A DNA stretch of 64,000 nucleotides from a phage: the NCBI GenBank assembly GCA_011939005.1, contig GCA_011939005.1_4858.1, one strand, 5' to 3'. The notes under the pieces were generated by a model. That model saw only the letters and a program-made list of their open reading frames with translations, was not told where the DNA came from and made no database searches. A program made the position numbers and the translations under genes. Every line of letters begins with the position of its first letter. Position 1 is the stretch's first letter. This document shows positions 17,634 to 27,269 of the stretch, in pieces.

Positions 17634-19304
17634 TTAGTACAACACTGGTGCAGTTTTCTCACCATTGCTCAGAAGCAGGTAGGTGCGCTGCGGCAGCTGC
17701 ATTAACACAATTGCATGTGGCACGTTTTCCTGTACTGCTTCGTAGATAGACACAACCGGGTCTGCGGTATTGCCCAGAGACGCTACCGTAACTACGTCGT
17801 GTTTATCAACAGAATGGTACATGCCTGGAATCACGATGGTGAACTGGCTCTGAATCAGGTTAACCACCTTGCCAGAATCGCTCAGCTTGATAGTCAGTTT
17901 GCGCAGAGAGTTCGCTACCATCAGGAACAGGTCACGGAACCAGTCTTCATATTCACTTACGCCGTTGTCGCCAGCGGTTGCTGTGAACAGATCTTTTACG
18001 AAGAAATCAATATCGCTGATTTTCCGTTCGAAATCGATAGCTTTGAACTTCGGCACATCTTTACCGCGCTTAGTGCCCAGCGACAGCGCGTTGTGTACCA
18101 GGAAAGTGATATTCGCCAGGTACGCATTAGCAAAGCGAGAAATCTCACTGATAACCACTTCTGCTTCACTGCTGTTCGCAATCGCATATTCGTGCAGTTC
18201 TTTCGTGTTCTTACGCAGTTCATCGATCGTACGTTTCACCTTAGCCATGATAGTTTCAACATCTTCTACCAGTGCCAGGTTGTCGAGATCGGATTTCAGT
18301 GCGTCGTGCTTAGCAACAAATTGCTTCATGCGTTCGCACATGTCAGTGTTAACACCGACCAGATACGCGCGATAGCTATCACGTGCACGCACAATCAGGT
18401 CAGCCCCGTCGTAGAAAACAACCTCTTCATTACCGTTAAAGATATCTTGCAACGGTGTAGCCCAATCACGCGTTTCCGCGTAAACAGATTGCTTAATGCG
18501 ACTGTTAGCTTCCTTCGCTGGAATCGACATTTTAAGCTCGGGGGTTTTCAGCTCGTGAAGTGCGTAGTCTTCCATCAAATCAATCTCCTGCAGAATGTTG
18601 TTAATTGGGCCATTGATAGTGTCCTTCTCGGTTTCTTCTGTTGCGCCGAGTGGGGAAAGCACTGGGTTATTAACTGTAGCATTAGACACCGGCATTGGTT
18701 GTACAGGCACCGGTGCTGGTTCAGGCCGGGGCTGTTGTGCTGGGGCTACTTGCGCCGGTTGTGGGTTCAGAATAGGATCATTGACCAGGTTAAGACCTTC
18801 ACCGCCAGCAATCACGGTTAGTGCCGCATCTGTGTTACCAATCTTAACACCACCAGATGGCGCAGAAGACATGGTCAGGCCATCAGTAACACGAACACCG
18901 CCAGAACTGTTACCGCCCAGTAACCCACCTGCGTTGCTACCACCACCTAAACCACCACTGCCACCCAAACCGCCAGACTGCTGAGAACGAATTTCGGCAA
19001 GAATCTTACCGACTTGTTCCCAAGCATTAACCAGTTTGGTGTGACGATCGTCGTTATACGCGTCGCCTGCGTTATGCACCTGCTGATAGGCAGCTGCTTT
19101 ATACGCATCGACCGCATATGCGATAACCTGTGCTTCACTACCCCCTTTGGATGCTGCCCATGCCGCAACATACGTCGCAATCTTTAACGCCTGATCTGGC
19201 GGAATGCTACGGCTGCGCATCACATTATTCAGCTGCGACAGTACCGCGTCCTGATCGAGGTGTTTAACGATGACGTTTTTGATTTGTTCAACAGTAATGC
19301 TCAT
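17634..19304 (-). CDS. hypothetical protein with Gly-rich and Pro-rich linkers
   Basis: 556-aa ORF, AAGGAG SD; GGLGGSGGLGGG and PQPAQVAPAQQPRPEPAPVPV low-complexity segments; strong codon periodicity. Confidence 0.5.
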   Translation of the reverse strand: MSITVEQIKNVIVKHLDQDAVLSQLNNVMRSRSIPPDQALKIATYVAAWAASKGGSEAQVIAYAVDAYKAAAYQQVHNAGDAYNDDRHTKLVNAWEQVGKILAEIRSQQSGGLGGSGGLGGGSNAGGLLGGNSSGGVRVTDGLTMSSAPSGGVKIGNTDAALTVIAGGEGLNLVNDPILNPQPAQVAPAQQPRPEPAPVPVQPMPVSNATVNNPVLSPLGATEETEKDTINGPINNILQEIDLMEDYALHELKTPELKMSIPAKEANSRIKQSVYAETRDWATPLQDIFNGNEEVVFYDGADLIVRARDSYRAYLVGVNTDMCERMKQFVAKHDALKSDLDNLALVEDVETIMAKVKRTIDELRKNTKELHEYAIANSSEAEVVISEISRFANAYLANITFLVHNALSLGTKRGKDVPKFKAIDFERKISDIDFFVKDLFTATAGDNGVSEYEDWFRDLFLMVANSLRKLTIKLSDSGKVVNLIQSQFTIVIPGMYHSVDKHDVVTVASLGNTADPVVSIYEAVQENVPHAIVLMQLPQRTYLLLSNGEKTAPVLY

Positions 19305-19335
19305 TGTAAATAATACTCCTTAAGAGATGTAATAA

Positions 19336-21114
19336 TTAGCGGCCGATTTTAGCAATGTCTTCTTCGGTCGGTCTGATGTACGGGTCCAGTTTAGGATTCC
19401 GCATCATTACCAAACTTGGGTTGGTCTTCATGTACGGGTTGAGGATGTTTGCCTTAAACGGTGCCGACTTAGGAATATAGTAGACGTTACCACATTCCAG
19501 ATGCGACGCAGATGCGTGCTTAGTACGGTCGTTCAAGTTAACGGTCTTGCCTCCTTTCTTCGAACGCTTAGCATCGGTTTCGGTTTGACCGATGGCGTGC
19601 GTAGACACTGCCAATACCATTGATTCTGTAGAGGCATTGAAGAAACTGATACCGCCGTTGCTCGTAATGGTGCGCATCACCAGATTGAGCACGATCTGTT
19701 TGTTCAGTGCGTCTCGAATAGACTTCGCCGCTGTCTCTGGAGTCCGATGTTCCAACTGCCCCAGCTTCCAACGTATTTTCGAGATCGTTGTGGTAAAGCC
19801 ACGTTGGCCCAACAGTAAGTAATCGGTTACCGTGAGACGTTTTCCGTACATAGACGGAATATCATCTTGTTTGGTAAGACGAGTACGCACCATCAGCTGC
19901 GTGGTGTACCAGAGGAAATCAAACATATCCAAATCATCAGGAATGGACGGATCGTTTGCCATCAGCTCACCACGGAAGGTGCTGTTGACATAGCGTTCAC
20001 ATTCCTGGAAGTGGCTGTCCATACTGCGACTCAGTTCGATATCCGAAGGCTTCAGTCCGCGAATACTACGACCCAACACTTCGCGCCAGGAGGCTGCAGA
20101 ATTGAGGTTCGCAATATCTTCGTCCATTGCCATTTCGTTAATCTGTGTAAACAGCCCCGGCAGTGTTGGTGCACGACCGTTCTTACTGTTCTGTTTACCT
20201 GCGTAGTAGTGCGCTGCTTTGAAGAATGCGGCAGTCGCTACCAGCAACAGATGTTCATTCTGATCCCAACGCCCTGCATCGGTGTTAGGCATATCTTCAC
20301 GTTTAACCAACAGTACGTACTGGATGGTCTTCGCGAGTTGTGGCTCACCGGACTGAATCACCACATACTTCGTTAAGTCCACATCACGTACTTTAATCGC
20401 TGGCCAAATCGTCACATCAACGCCCGCATAACGCTTCACGGCTTGTTTAAAGCCATAACGCCCAAAGAGCCAATACATCAGTGGCTTCTCATCGGTGTCG
20501 TGTCCAATCTGTCCAGTTGAGACAAACAGATTCGATGTACCTGGCAAGAACAGCTGCTCAGGGCGACCATTCACCAGAATCTTCGTTGGTTTCTTACAGA
20601 ACTTGATCGACACCTTGCGGGTGAAGTCAAAGTTAATAAAGATACCACCATGCTCACGACAAATACCAGGTTGGTGGATTACAGGTGCTACGTGGTACGT
20701 TGTACCGTAGTAGTTCATTAAGCCGCCACGACGAATAAATGGTAAGCTCATCGGTCGTTGCACCGGACGGGGGTCGCCTGGAACACGGAACGAGGCCATT
20801 ACCATATACGTGTCAGTGGATGAGATGTTAATAATTGACCGGCCACGATTGTTTCGTGAATTGTTATCCGACTTCGATAACTTAAAGATAAAAGCTTCAA
20901 ACGGGGACATCTGACGGCAGCCTAACACCGTTAACCCTTCTGGTAATTTCGGGTTATCGATTTCATCATACGTCAACTCACGACGTAGAATGGTTGCCAC
21001 ACGATCATGTATCCCGTCTTTAGCTTGTGTGTACCCAACTCCTTCTGCAATTGCACGATTAAAAGGCACTATTTCGCCTGCCTCTTTAATCTTCCTAATC
21101 GCATCTTTAAACAC
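19336..21114 (-). CDS. RNA polymerase beta N-terminal-like subunit, putative
   Basis: KILVNGRPEQLFLPG resembles beta FIINGTERVIVSQLHRSPG; C-terminal SHLECGNVYYIPKSAPFKANILN resembles [20 protein letters not shown]; GTG start at 21114 with GAGGGAGG SD. Confidence 0.4.
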   Translation of the reverse strand: MFKDAIRKIKEAGEIVPFNRAIAEGVGYTQAKDGIHDRVATILRRELTYDEIDNPKLPEGLTVLGCRQMSPFEAFIFKLSKSDNNSRNNRGRSIINISSTDTYMVMASFRVPGDPRPVQRPMSLPFIRRGGLMNYYGTTYHVAPVIHQPGICREHGGIFINFDFTRKVSIKFCKKPTKILVNGRPEQLFLPGTSNLFVSTGQIGHDTDEKPLMYWLFGRYGFKQAVKRYAGVDVTIWPAIKVRDVDLTKYVVIQSGEPQLAKTIQYVLLVKREDMPNTDAGRWDQNEHLLLVATAAFFKAAHYYAGKQNSKNGRAPTLPGLFTQINEMAMDEDIANLNSAASWREVLGRSIRGLKPSDIELSRSMDSHFQECERYVNSTFRGELMANDPSIPDDLDMFDFLWYTTQLMVRTRLTKQDDIPSMYGKRLTVTDYLLLGQRGFTTTISKIRWKLGQLEHRTPETAAKSIRDALNKQIVLNLVMRTITSNGGISFFNASTESMVLAVSTHAIGQTETDAKRSKKGGKTVNLNDRTKHASASHLECGNVYYIPKSAPFKANILNPYMKTNPSLVMMRNPKLDPYIRPTEEDIAKIGR

Positions 21115-21125
21115 ACCGGCCTCCC

Positions 21126-22130
21126 TCAGAGAATCATCCCAACGAGTGCTACCCCTGCAGCCAAATACGCGGGAATGGATTTCAAGAACTCCGAGCTATC
21201 TTTTCGCTGATAAGCTCGGGACTCGTATTGGTCTTTACGAACATCGGAACGCAACTTAAGCTCATTCGTCTGGATTGTGTTAAGGGTGTTAATCCTCTCC
21301 TTCTCTAGCGCCAGATTATTAAGTTGTGTACGATAATCGAGGTCTTGCCGATTCTTTTTCTCATCGAGATCTTGCAACTTGGCCTGATACGTGGCTTCCA
21401 GCTTCGCACGAACATCTCGCAACTCTGGAATGTTATCGAGCCACCGATAACGCCTCGCTTCATCTTCAGATGCAAACGCCCGGAACGGGGACATCGGGTC
21501 ATCGAAAGAGTACATTATCATTTTACCCCCTTCGACACACTCCGCACCACCGATTACCATGTAAATACCCTCGTCGTAATACTTCGATCGAATCGGTTCG
21601 ACTTCCAACATCGTTGTATAGAACCTCAGCCACTTTAAAGGTGCTGGGTCTTCGTACTTCTGCACAACTACCACGCCCAAGGCAAATTCTTTACGATCCC
21701 CTCCCGGCTTACCAATAACCTCAGAATCGAGTTTTACTGGTTGGGTAGAGAAAGCCATTCCTAGCTTCTTCAACACCACCAAGTCGCCACGCATTAACGC
21801 ACCGATATCATCAACTACATACATCAGCGTTGTTTCGCCGTTCGTAGTTAATTCCTTACATATCTGCGCATACTGCTTTGGCGAATGTGCGTCGCGCAAA
21901 CCAGATAGGTTAGCACCGTTCGCAAACACCGTATAGGTCACGTAAATAACAATCCCAAATTCCGCCGCTGTGGTGGACGACGGGGCTAAAACAAAATGCC
22001 CGCCACTGAGTTCAGTGACGTAAATGGGAAACCCGGTATTATTTTCGTACGTGATAGTCTTCGACACGGCACCACGGTGCATGGGCCGCTGGGTTAGCGT
22101 TGGCTGAACGTCTAAATCATAACGGTTCAT
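21126..22130 (-). CDS. hypothetical protein with coiled-coil region and C-terminal membrane anchor
   Basis: first in-frame ATG at 22130; C-terminal hydrophobic IPAYLAAGVALVGMIL. Confidence 0.45.
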   Translation of the reverse strand: MNRYDLDVQPTLTQRPMHRGAVSKTITYENNTGFPIYVTELSGGHFVLAPSSTTAAEFGIVIYVTYTVFANGANLSGLRDAHSPKQYAQICKELTTNGETTLMYVVDDIGALMRGDLVVLKKLGMAFSTQPVKLDSEVIGKPGGDRKEFALGVVVVQKYEDPAPLKWLRFYTTMLEVEPIRSKYYDEGIYMVIGGAECVEGGKMIMYSFDDPMSPFRAFASEDEARRYRWLDNIPELRDVRAKLEATYQAKLQDLDEKKNRQDLDYRTQLNNLALEKERINTLNTIQTNELKLRSDVRKDQYESRAYQRKDSSEFLKSIPAYLAAGVALVGMIL

Positions 22131-22166
22131 TGAACATCCCAGTAATAATACCAAAAGAATTATTCA

Positions 22167-22185
22167 CGTAGATAATATCTATCTC
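22167..22185 (-). promoter_or_regulatory. promoter-like motif GAGATAGATATTATCTACG (class 2, copy b)
   Basis: GATAGATATTATC core about 40 nt upstream of ATG 22130. Confidence 0.35.
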
Positions 22186-22243
22186 AGATTACTTTGGGCA
22201 CGGGTTCATACCCAGTGCCCTTAACGTAAAAAACTTTAGGGTA

Positions 22244-22327
22244 TCAAACGTGGTGACCGTTCGCCATAGAACCGCGCCCATCAAACATCGGTGCAACTAG
22301 TCTTGATCTCTCTAAATTGACTTCCAT
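22244..22327 (-). CDS. small ORF (27 aa), candidate
   Basis: AAGGAGA SD 7 nt upstream of ATG 22327 (MEVNLERSRLVAPMFDGRGSMANGHHV); about 40 nt downstream of class-2 motif copy c. Confidence 0.2.
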   Translation of the reverse strand: MEVNLERSRLVAPMFDGRGSMANGHHV

Positions 22328-22360
22328 TACTGTCTCCTTAAGTTAAAACCGAATGACTTT

Positions 22361-22384
22361 CTCCCTAAGATAATATCTATCTAT
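22361..22384 (-). promoter_or_regulatory. promoter-like motif ATAGATAGATATTATCTTAGGGAG (class 2, copy c)
   Basis: near-identical to copy a (1856-1876); directly downstream of terminator 22408-22431. Confidence 0.35.
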
Positions 22385-22407
22385 AAATTTTTAGAAAAAA
22401 AGAAAAA

Positions 22408-22431
22408 GCTTACTCCCCGAAGGGAGTAAGC
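22408..22431 (-). terminator. intrinsic terminator hairpin, UUCG loop
   Basis: perfect 10-bp stem GCTTACTCCC/GGGAGTAAGC, CGAA loop on +, A-run 22394-22407 on +; follows stop of 22463-24763. Confidence 0.55.
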
Positions 22432-22462
22432 TAATCTTAGGCAACGTAATCCTTACGGATTA

Positions 22463-24763
22463 TTAGCCGCCAGCGCCTTCACCGCCAGTACCTGGCTGGG
22501 TAGCGCCGCCGCCAACATCACCCGCATTACCGCCATTAGTACCGCCAGTACCGTTGGAAGTAGTAGTGACGTTGAACGCCAGTTTCTCTTCCACGAACTT
22601 GGTGATACCTTTAATCCAGATCAGACCAGTGATCGGGCAGTGGCAGATGTGCGCGTTACGAGGCTGTACTGCCAGCTCTTTGCTGGTAGCGCCGTTACGC
22701 TGGATGTTGATGTTGGTTACCATGATCGGAGACCAGAAGTGGTTACCCCAGTTCAGAACACAGTAAGAACCGTCATCAGCGGTTGGAACTTTCAGAACCC
22801 ACTGCAGGCGGCGAGTCCAGCTGCCGTCAGCTTCGTTCTTCACACGCCAGCGGTCATCGTTGGTGGTGATAACTTCGTACTCGTAGCGATCGCCCAGCAG
22901 ACGCTGGTCACCCTGAACCAGCAGCAGCATTGCAGCAGTCGGTTCGTCAGTTGCGATAACAACTTTCGGCAGTGCGTTCGGGTCCGCAGTCAGCAGGCGC
23001 AGAGCCGGCATGAAACGAGAATCCTGGATAGCACGAGTTACCTGGTCGCCGATACGCTGTACCAGACCCTGACGGGCGTTGATGAGCGCATCTTTGGTAT
23101 CCAGAGACTGGATCACTTTGTCCACTTCGTAGTCGCTTTCGCTGTACCACGGAGCAACCCAGTGACGGCCCAGGCCGCGGATAGCAGGTTTGTCCCACGG
23201 AGTGATCATGGACGCAGCTGCGTTCTTAACCGCTTCGGTGTAAGACAGAGTCTGAGTGATAGCCAGCATTTCGTTACGGATGTTAACCGCAGAAACGAGG
23301 TCGTCCAGACGTTCGGTGTCGTCGTATTCAACGCCAACCGGAGATTTGGTCATGATCGGAGAACCGTACTGCAGTTTGTAGTTCTCTTGTTCCCAAATCG
23401 GGTCGAGCAGAAGGCCCTGGGTTCTCCGGTTCTCGTTGGTACGAGTACCGTCGAAGCGCCAGCCCAGCAGCTCCAGTTTCAGGTTGTCGATGATGACTTT
23501 GCCGGTGCCGCTTTCGATATCAACAGCAGTACCAGTTGCGTCGTACAGACCTTCGATTTCCAGAGACGGTGCAGTCACGTCAACACGACCAGAGAACTGA
23601 CCGTTGGTGAACAGAGACATGCTGATGTTCATGGAATAACGAATGGTGTAATCGTTCTGTGCCAGAGCGGCCAGTGCCGGGATTTCAGCACCTTTCCAGT
23701 CCAGAGACTTGGCGTTCAGGGAGAACACAGTGCGACGGAACTGCAGGACCAGCTCACGGCCATCACCTTCAGGAGGACGCTGGAAGGTAGCGAACTGCAT
23801 GTCGCGTACGTTCAGTTTGATCAGCGCGCCATCTTTCGCTTCTTCAGTCGGCTTACGCACAGACAGCAGCAGGCTACCCAGCGCTGCACCCGGTGCGATT
23901 TCGTCGGTTTCATCGTAACCTTCCTGCACGATACCCGGATGGGCAGACAGCTGGAACAGGTTCAGACGACGTTCAGAGAAGCTCAGGTAGTTGGTCGGAT
24001 ACGCCGGCACACGACCCAGCTGAACGTTTTCGTTTTCGATGATGTCTTCGGATACGAAGAACTTCGCGTTCTCACCGGTTTCCATCACGTAAGGTACGAT
24101 ACGGATAGCATCGTCCTGCAGGACTTTGTGGTTAGACAGCGCGTTATGCAGCGGCTGACGGTTGTCTTCAACCACGTCTTTGGTCAGCAGGGCGTTCAGG
24201 ATACCACGAGTTACAGTAGTAACTTTGGTACGAACGGTGATGCCGACGTCGTTGGTGTCCACAGTGATGGTCGGGAACAGGGTTTCTGCAAACTTGGATT
24301 GAGTTTCCAGAGCACGCACGTTCAGCGTCCAGGTCAGACCCAGGTTTTTGTCCAGGTCTTTGTTGGTGTAGTATTCAGTTGCGACCAGCGGAGTTTTACC
24401 GTAGTCAGCAGCCAGAGATGCTGCACCAGAAATAGCGATCGGCATGTAGCTGGCGTATTCCGGCTTCGCGCTCTCGGCAGCAACACGGGTCATGAAGTCG
24501 TCTTCGTGACCGGCAGCAGCCAGAATCATCGCAGAAGCAACCTGAGCAGCGTGGCTCATGGTTTTGCCAGGGTTTACAGCTTCGTAGTGCTGCTGAGCAG
24601 TGTCACGCAGGTTGGTGAAGCCGGCAGCATTTTTACGTACAGATTCGCCAACGGCTACGGTTTGCCATACGTCATTAGCGGAAGAGCCTGCCTTGGCAGC
24701 AGCGACCAGAGCATTGCCCTGCTGAACCAGCTGGTCCAGACTAGCGATACGGGTATCTTTCAT
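22463..24763 (-). CDS. major virion structural protein (major capsid protein candidate)
   Basis: 766-aa ORF with AAGGTAAA SD and strong terminator; codon periodicity strong enough to leave a 715-aa antisense frame open; Gly-rich C-terminal tail. Confidence 0.4.
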   Translation of the reverse strand: MKDTRIASLDQLVQQGNALVAAAKAGSSANDVWQTVAVGESVRKNAAGFTNLRDTAQQHYEAVNPGKTMSHAAQVASAMILAAAGHEDDFMTRVAAESAKPEYASYMPIAISGAASLAADYGKTPLVATEYYTNKDLDKNLGLTWTLNVRALETQSKFAETLFPTITVDTNDVGITVRTKVTTVTRGILNALLTKDVVEDNRQPLHNALSNHKVLQDDAIRIVPYVMETGENAKFFVSEDIIENENVQLGRVPAYPTNYLSFSERRLNLFQLSAHPGIVQEGYDETDEIAPGAALGSLLLSVRKPTEEAKDGALIKLNVRDMQFATFQRPPEGDGRELVLQFRRTVFSLNAKSLDWKGAEIPALAALAQNDYTIRYSMNISMSLFTNGQFSGRVDVTAPSLEIEGLYDATGTAVDIESGTGKVIIDNLKLELLGWRFDGTRTNENRRTQGLLLDPIWEQENYKLQYGSPIMTKSPVGVEYDDTERLDDLVSAVNIRNEMLAITQTLSYTEAVKNAAASMITPWDKPAIRGLGRHWVAPWYSESDYEVDKVIQSLDTKDALINARQGLVQRIGDQVTRAIQDSRFMPALRLLTADPNALPKVVIATDEPTAAMLLLVQGDQRLLGDRYEYEVITTNDDRWRVKNEADGSWTRRLQWVLKVPTADDGSYCVLNWGNHFWSPIMVTNINIQRNGATSKELAVQPRNAHICHCPITGLIWIKGITKFVEEKLAFNVTTTSNGTGGTNGGNAGDVGGGATQPGTGGEGAGG

Positions 24764-24775
24764 TTCAAGTTTACC

Positions 24776-25300
24776 TTATTTAGATAAATGACATGCGTAC
24801 AACTGCGTCAGCACTTCGTGCGCAGCAAACTGCGTCGACGTACTGAACGTATCATCCACGACACGAGTCTTGGGACGCATATATTTAAAAAGTTCTGCGC
24901 AGAACATCTTTTTCGCAGCGTGGTCTTCACTTAAAGAAAAACCCGGTCCGGATTTAGCTTCTGCAAAAGACGCCACAACAACATCGCCACGTTGTGAGAA
25001 CACCCAACGTAAACGACCGTCGAATGATTCCCCATATAAATCAGCAAGGGTTTCATTCGTACCTTTCTCAACCAGGTTTAAGACCTGGTCATAATAAAGA
25101 GTCGGAAGTGCAGGTGGTGCCATAATCGATTTATAAATCGAAATAGGGTCACTCACTGGCAGTATGATGGAACTAAAGCCCGACGAGCAGTCATATAACC
25201 AGTTAAAGAAGCTTGCTTGGAGTTCCTCCAACTTTTTAACGCCAGCCCCTTTATCTATGTTAGATTGAACTTCCCACGGTGGACTAAAACGAATTTGCAT
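24776..25300 (-). CDS. hypothetical protein
   Basis: start at ATG 25300; diverges from plus gene starting at 25315. Confidence 0.4.
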   Translation of the reverse strand: MQIRFSPPWEVQSNIDKGAGVKKLEELQASFFNWLYDCSSGFSSIILPVSDPISIYKSIMAPPALPTLYYDQVLNLVEKGTNETLADLYGESFDGRLRWVFSQRGDVVVASFAEAKSGPGFSLSEDHAAKKMFCAELFKYMRPKTRVVDDTFSTSTQFAAHEVLTQLYACHLSK

Positions 25301-25314
25301 TTTAAGGATGCTCC

Positions 25315-26877
25315 ATGAATAGTAAAATGATGTTGATAACCGCCTTAGCCGCACTGTATACAGAATCTATGCTGACGGACCCTAGCAAGGATCATGATGT
25401 CATAAGAAAAGTTCTGATGCAGATCAAGCTTCCGGAATATGCGGAAGATGGCGAAGAGCGCTTTGCACTCATCGAGATCAAGGACATTATCACATCTATC
25501 ATAGACGGCGGCATGGAATACGACCACGCGAGCGTTATGAAGCGCTTGAAGCTGGCCACCACTCAAGTACGTCCTCTATACGATACGATTACCAAATTCC
25601 TCGAAGACGATTTGCCCGAGGAAGAAGACAAACGTACCGAGCATCTTAATCGACAACTGTCTCAATATTATTTCCAACTACGTCAATGTTTACAGAGCGT
25701 CGAACTAAAAACAAAAATGGGTCGCGCGTTTGGAGCATTGAATGGAACTGAGACACGTGTTGATCTGAACACCGCAGTGCTCGAACTCAAAGAGGCGCTA
25801 TCTACGTTCGGTGAACGCTCTCATAATAAGATTCCATCACTGGTCGGTGAGCTGGTTACAGATAATCGGGCTCCGTTTGTTAAAGTGTTCGACTCGATTA
25901 ACAAGAAAGCAGCAGGTAATGGTTTGCAGACGGGCTGGAAAGCCATTAACCAAATGCTCGGTTGTAACAAAGGGATTACCGAAGAACTGTGGCTAATGCC
26001 GGCGTTACCTTTTAACTGTAAGTCTTTGTTCAGTCTCTTACTGAGCTTATCGATTCCTATCTTCAACACGCCTGAGAAAGTAATGGCGGATGTGAAGGGC
26101 ACACTGCAACCAATTATTCTTGACTTGAGTTTAGAAAACGAACTCGACGTTAACTTAGCTTACGGCTATCAAGCACTGTACGGTCATTTTGAAGGACAAG
26201 TTCCACAGATGACCATTGCACAGGATGCAACCGCTGAAGAGAAGTTAGCACACACAACAGCAATGTCTGATTACCTCTGTGGTAAGATTCGCGCAAACGG
26301 TTGGGACTACGTTTTCCAAAAGCACACCAACTCCGATTTTAAAGTGCACTACATCAACGACCTTATTCTCGACTTACGTCGTCGCGGTTATCATGTTGTT
26401 GGCATTCGCGCAGACTACTTAGGCACAATCAGCAAAGCAGGACACGGCAACGGCATTGCCGGGAGTGATATCAAAGAAATTTATCGTATTGCTCGTAACA
26501 TCCAAGTGGTACGCAACCGTGGGTTCTTAATTGCCCCACACCAGATTTCCCCAGAAGGTAAGCGCTTAAAAGCGTTAGACCCGGTAGGTTTCTGTAAGAA
26601 CTTACCTGGTCGTGGTCTTTACGATAGTTGTTCGAGCCTTGATAACGAGGCCGATGGTGAAATGTATTTTAACAAGCGTGTGGTCAACGGCCATAGCTTC
26701 TTAGAAGTTCAACGCGGTAAACACCGCACCATTATCGATACTAAAGAATCTTATCACTACACAGTGATACCTTTCCAGGATGTTGGCATCCTACCTTGGG
26801 ATTGTGATAAAGAAGAAACCGTAACAGCGTCGTCTATCAACTTCTTCACCGGTGGAATGGGTGATGATTTGTTCTAA
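25315..26877 (+). CDS. hypothetical protein
   Basis: 520-aa ORF, AAGGA SD 8 nt upstream. Confidence 0.5.
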   Translation: MNSKMMLITALAALYTESMLTDPSKDHDVIRKVLMQIKLPEYAEDGEERFALIEIKDIITSIIDGGMEYDHASVMKRLKLATTQVRPLYDTITKFLEDDLPEEEDKRTEHLNRQLSQYYFQLRQCLQSVELKTKMGRAFGALNGTETRVDLNTAVLELKEALSTFGERSHNKIPSLVGELVTDNRAPFVKVFDSINKKAAGNGLQTGWKAINQMLGCNKGITEELWLMPALPFNCKSLFSLLLSLSIPIFNTPEKVMADVKGTLQPIILDLSLENELDVNLAYGYQALYGHFEGQVPQMTIAQDATAEEKLAHTTAMSDYLCGKIRANGWDYVFQKHTNSDFKVHYINDLILDLRRRGYHVVGIRADYLGTISKAGHGNGIAGSDIKEIYRIARNIQVVRNRGFLIAPHQISPEGKRLKALDPVGFCKNLPGRGLYDSCSSLDNEADGEMYFNKRVVNGHSFLEVQRGKHRTIIDTKESYHYTVIPFQDVGILPWDCDKEETVTASSINFFTGGMGDDLF

Positions 26878-27010
26878 CGAACACTGGGGAGCTTAGGCTC
26901 CCCTACGGGCAGTTTATGCGTCCTGCCAAGATCAAAAAAAAATACGACGAAGTATTTATATGCATGGAATTACCCGAGTGTTCCAGCACTCGGGTAAGAG
27001 TTATTTCATG

Positions 27011-27157
27011 TTAACTTTTGTTTAGTAGTATTTCACCTCCTAAACCCTTGATACGACGAACAGTGTTCTGCTTGGGCGCAGTCAACTGTTGTACACGTTG
27101 GTTGAATTGGGTTTGCTTAACGTAATAGTTAAGTATTTGCGAACGTAGTTGTTCCAT
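27011..27157 (-). CDS. small protein (48 aa), tandem paralog A
   Basis: AGGAGG SD; MEQLRSQILNYYVKQTQFNQRVQQLTAPKQNTVRRIKGLGGEILLNKS; paralogous to 27270-27416. Confidence 0.45.
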   Translation of the reverse strand: MEQLRSQILNYYVKQTQFNQRVQQLTAPKQNTVRRIKGLGGEILLNKS

Positions 27158-27173
27158 GTAGTGCCTCCTTAGG

Positions 27174-27196
27174 CAGGTTGTTAATATATCGCTGCG
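27174..27196 (-). promoter_or_regulatory. early-type promoter motif variant CAGCGATATATTAACAACCTG
   Basis: ATATATTAAC differs by 1 nt from the ATATATTACC core of the three main copies; about 20 nt upstream of the SD of 27011-27157. Confidence 0.3.
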
Positions 27197-27269
27197 CTGT
27201 GGTGGTACACAATGCACCGATATACTGTCACGGGAGTTAAAAGGGGTGCTCGAACACCCCTGGTTAGTG

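Noticed and set aside
17624-17640. Plus-strand match GTATTACTTAG to the early promoter core
   Set aside because: It lacks the upstream ATATA part, overlaps a terminator hairpin and would drive antisense transcription; likely coincidental.
17715-18821. 368-aa plus-strand ORF antisense to 17634-19304
   Set aside because: Same antisense artefact pattern; no SD and a Cys/Arg/Phe-rich implausible composition.
21126-22154. PhuZ-like tubulin
   Set aside because: Size is compatible but there is no GGGTGSG tubulin signature; the protein is coiled-coil with a membrane anchor.
22640-24787. 715-aa plus-strand ORF antisense to the major structural gene
   Set aside because: Arg/Val/Phe/Gln-rich composition typical of an antisense artefact of strong codon periodicity; the minus-strand gene has the SD, terminator and protein-like composition.
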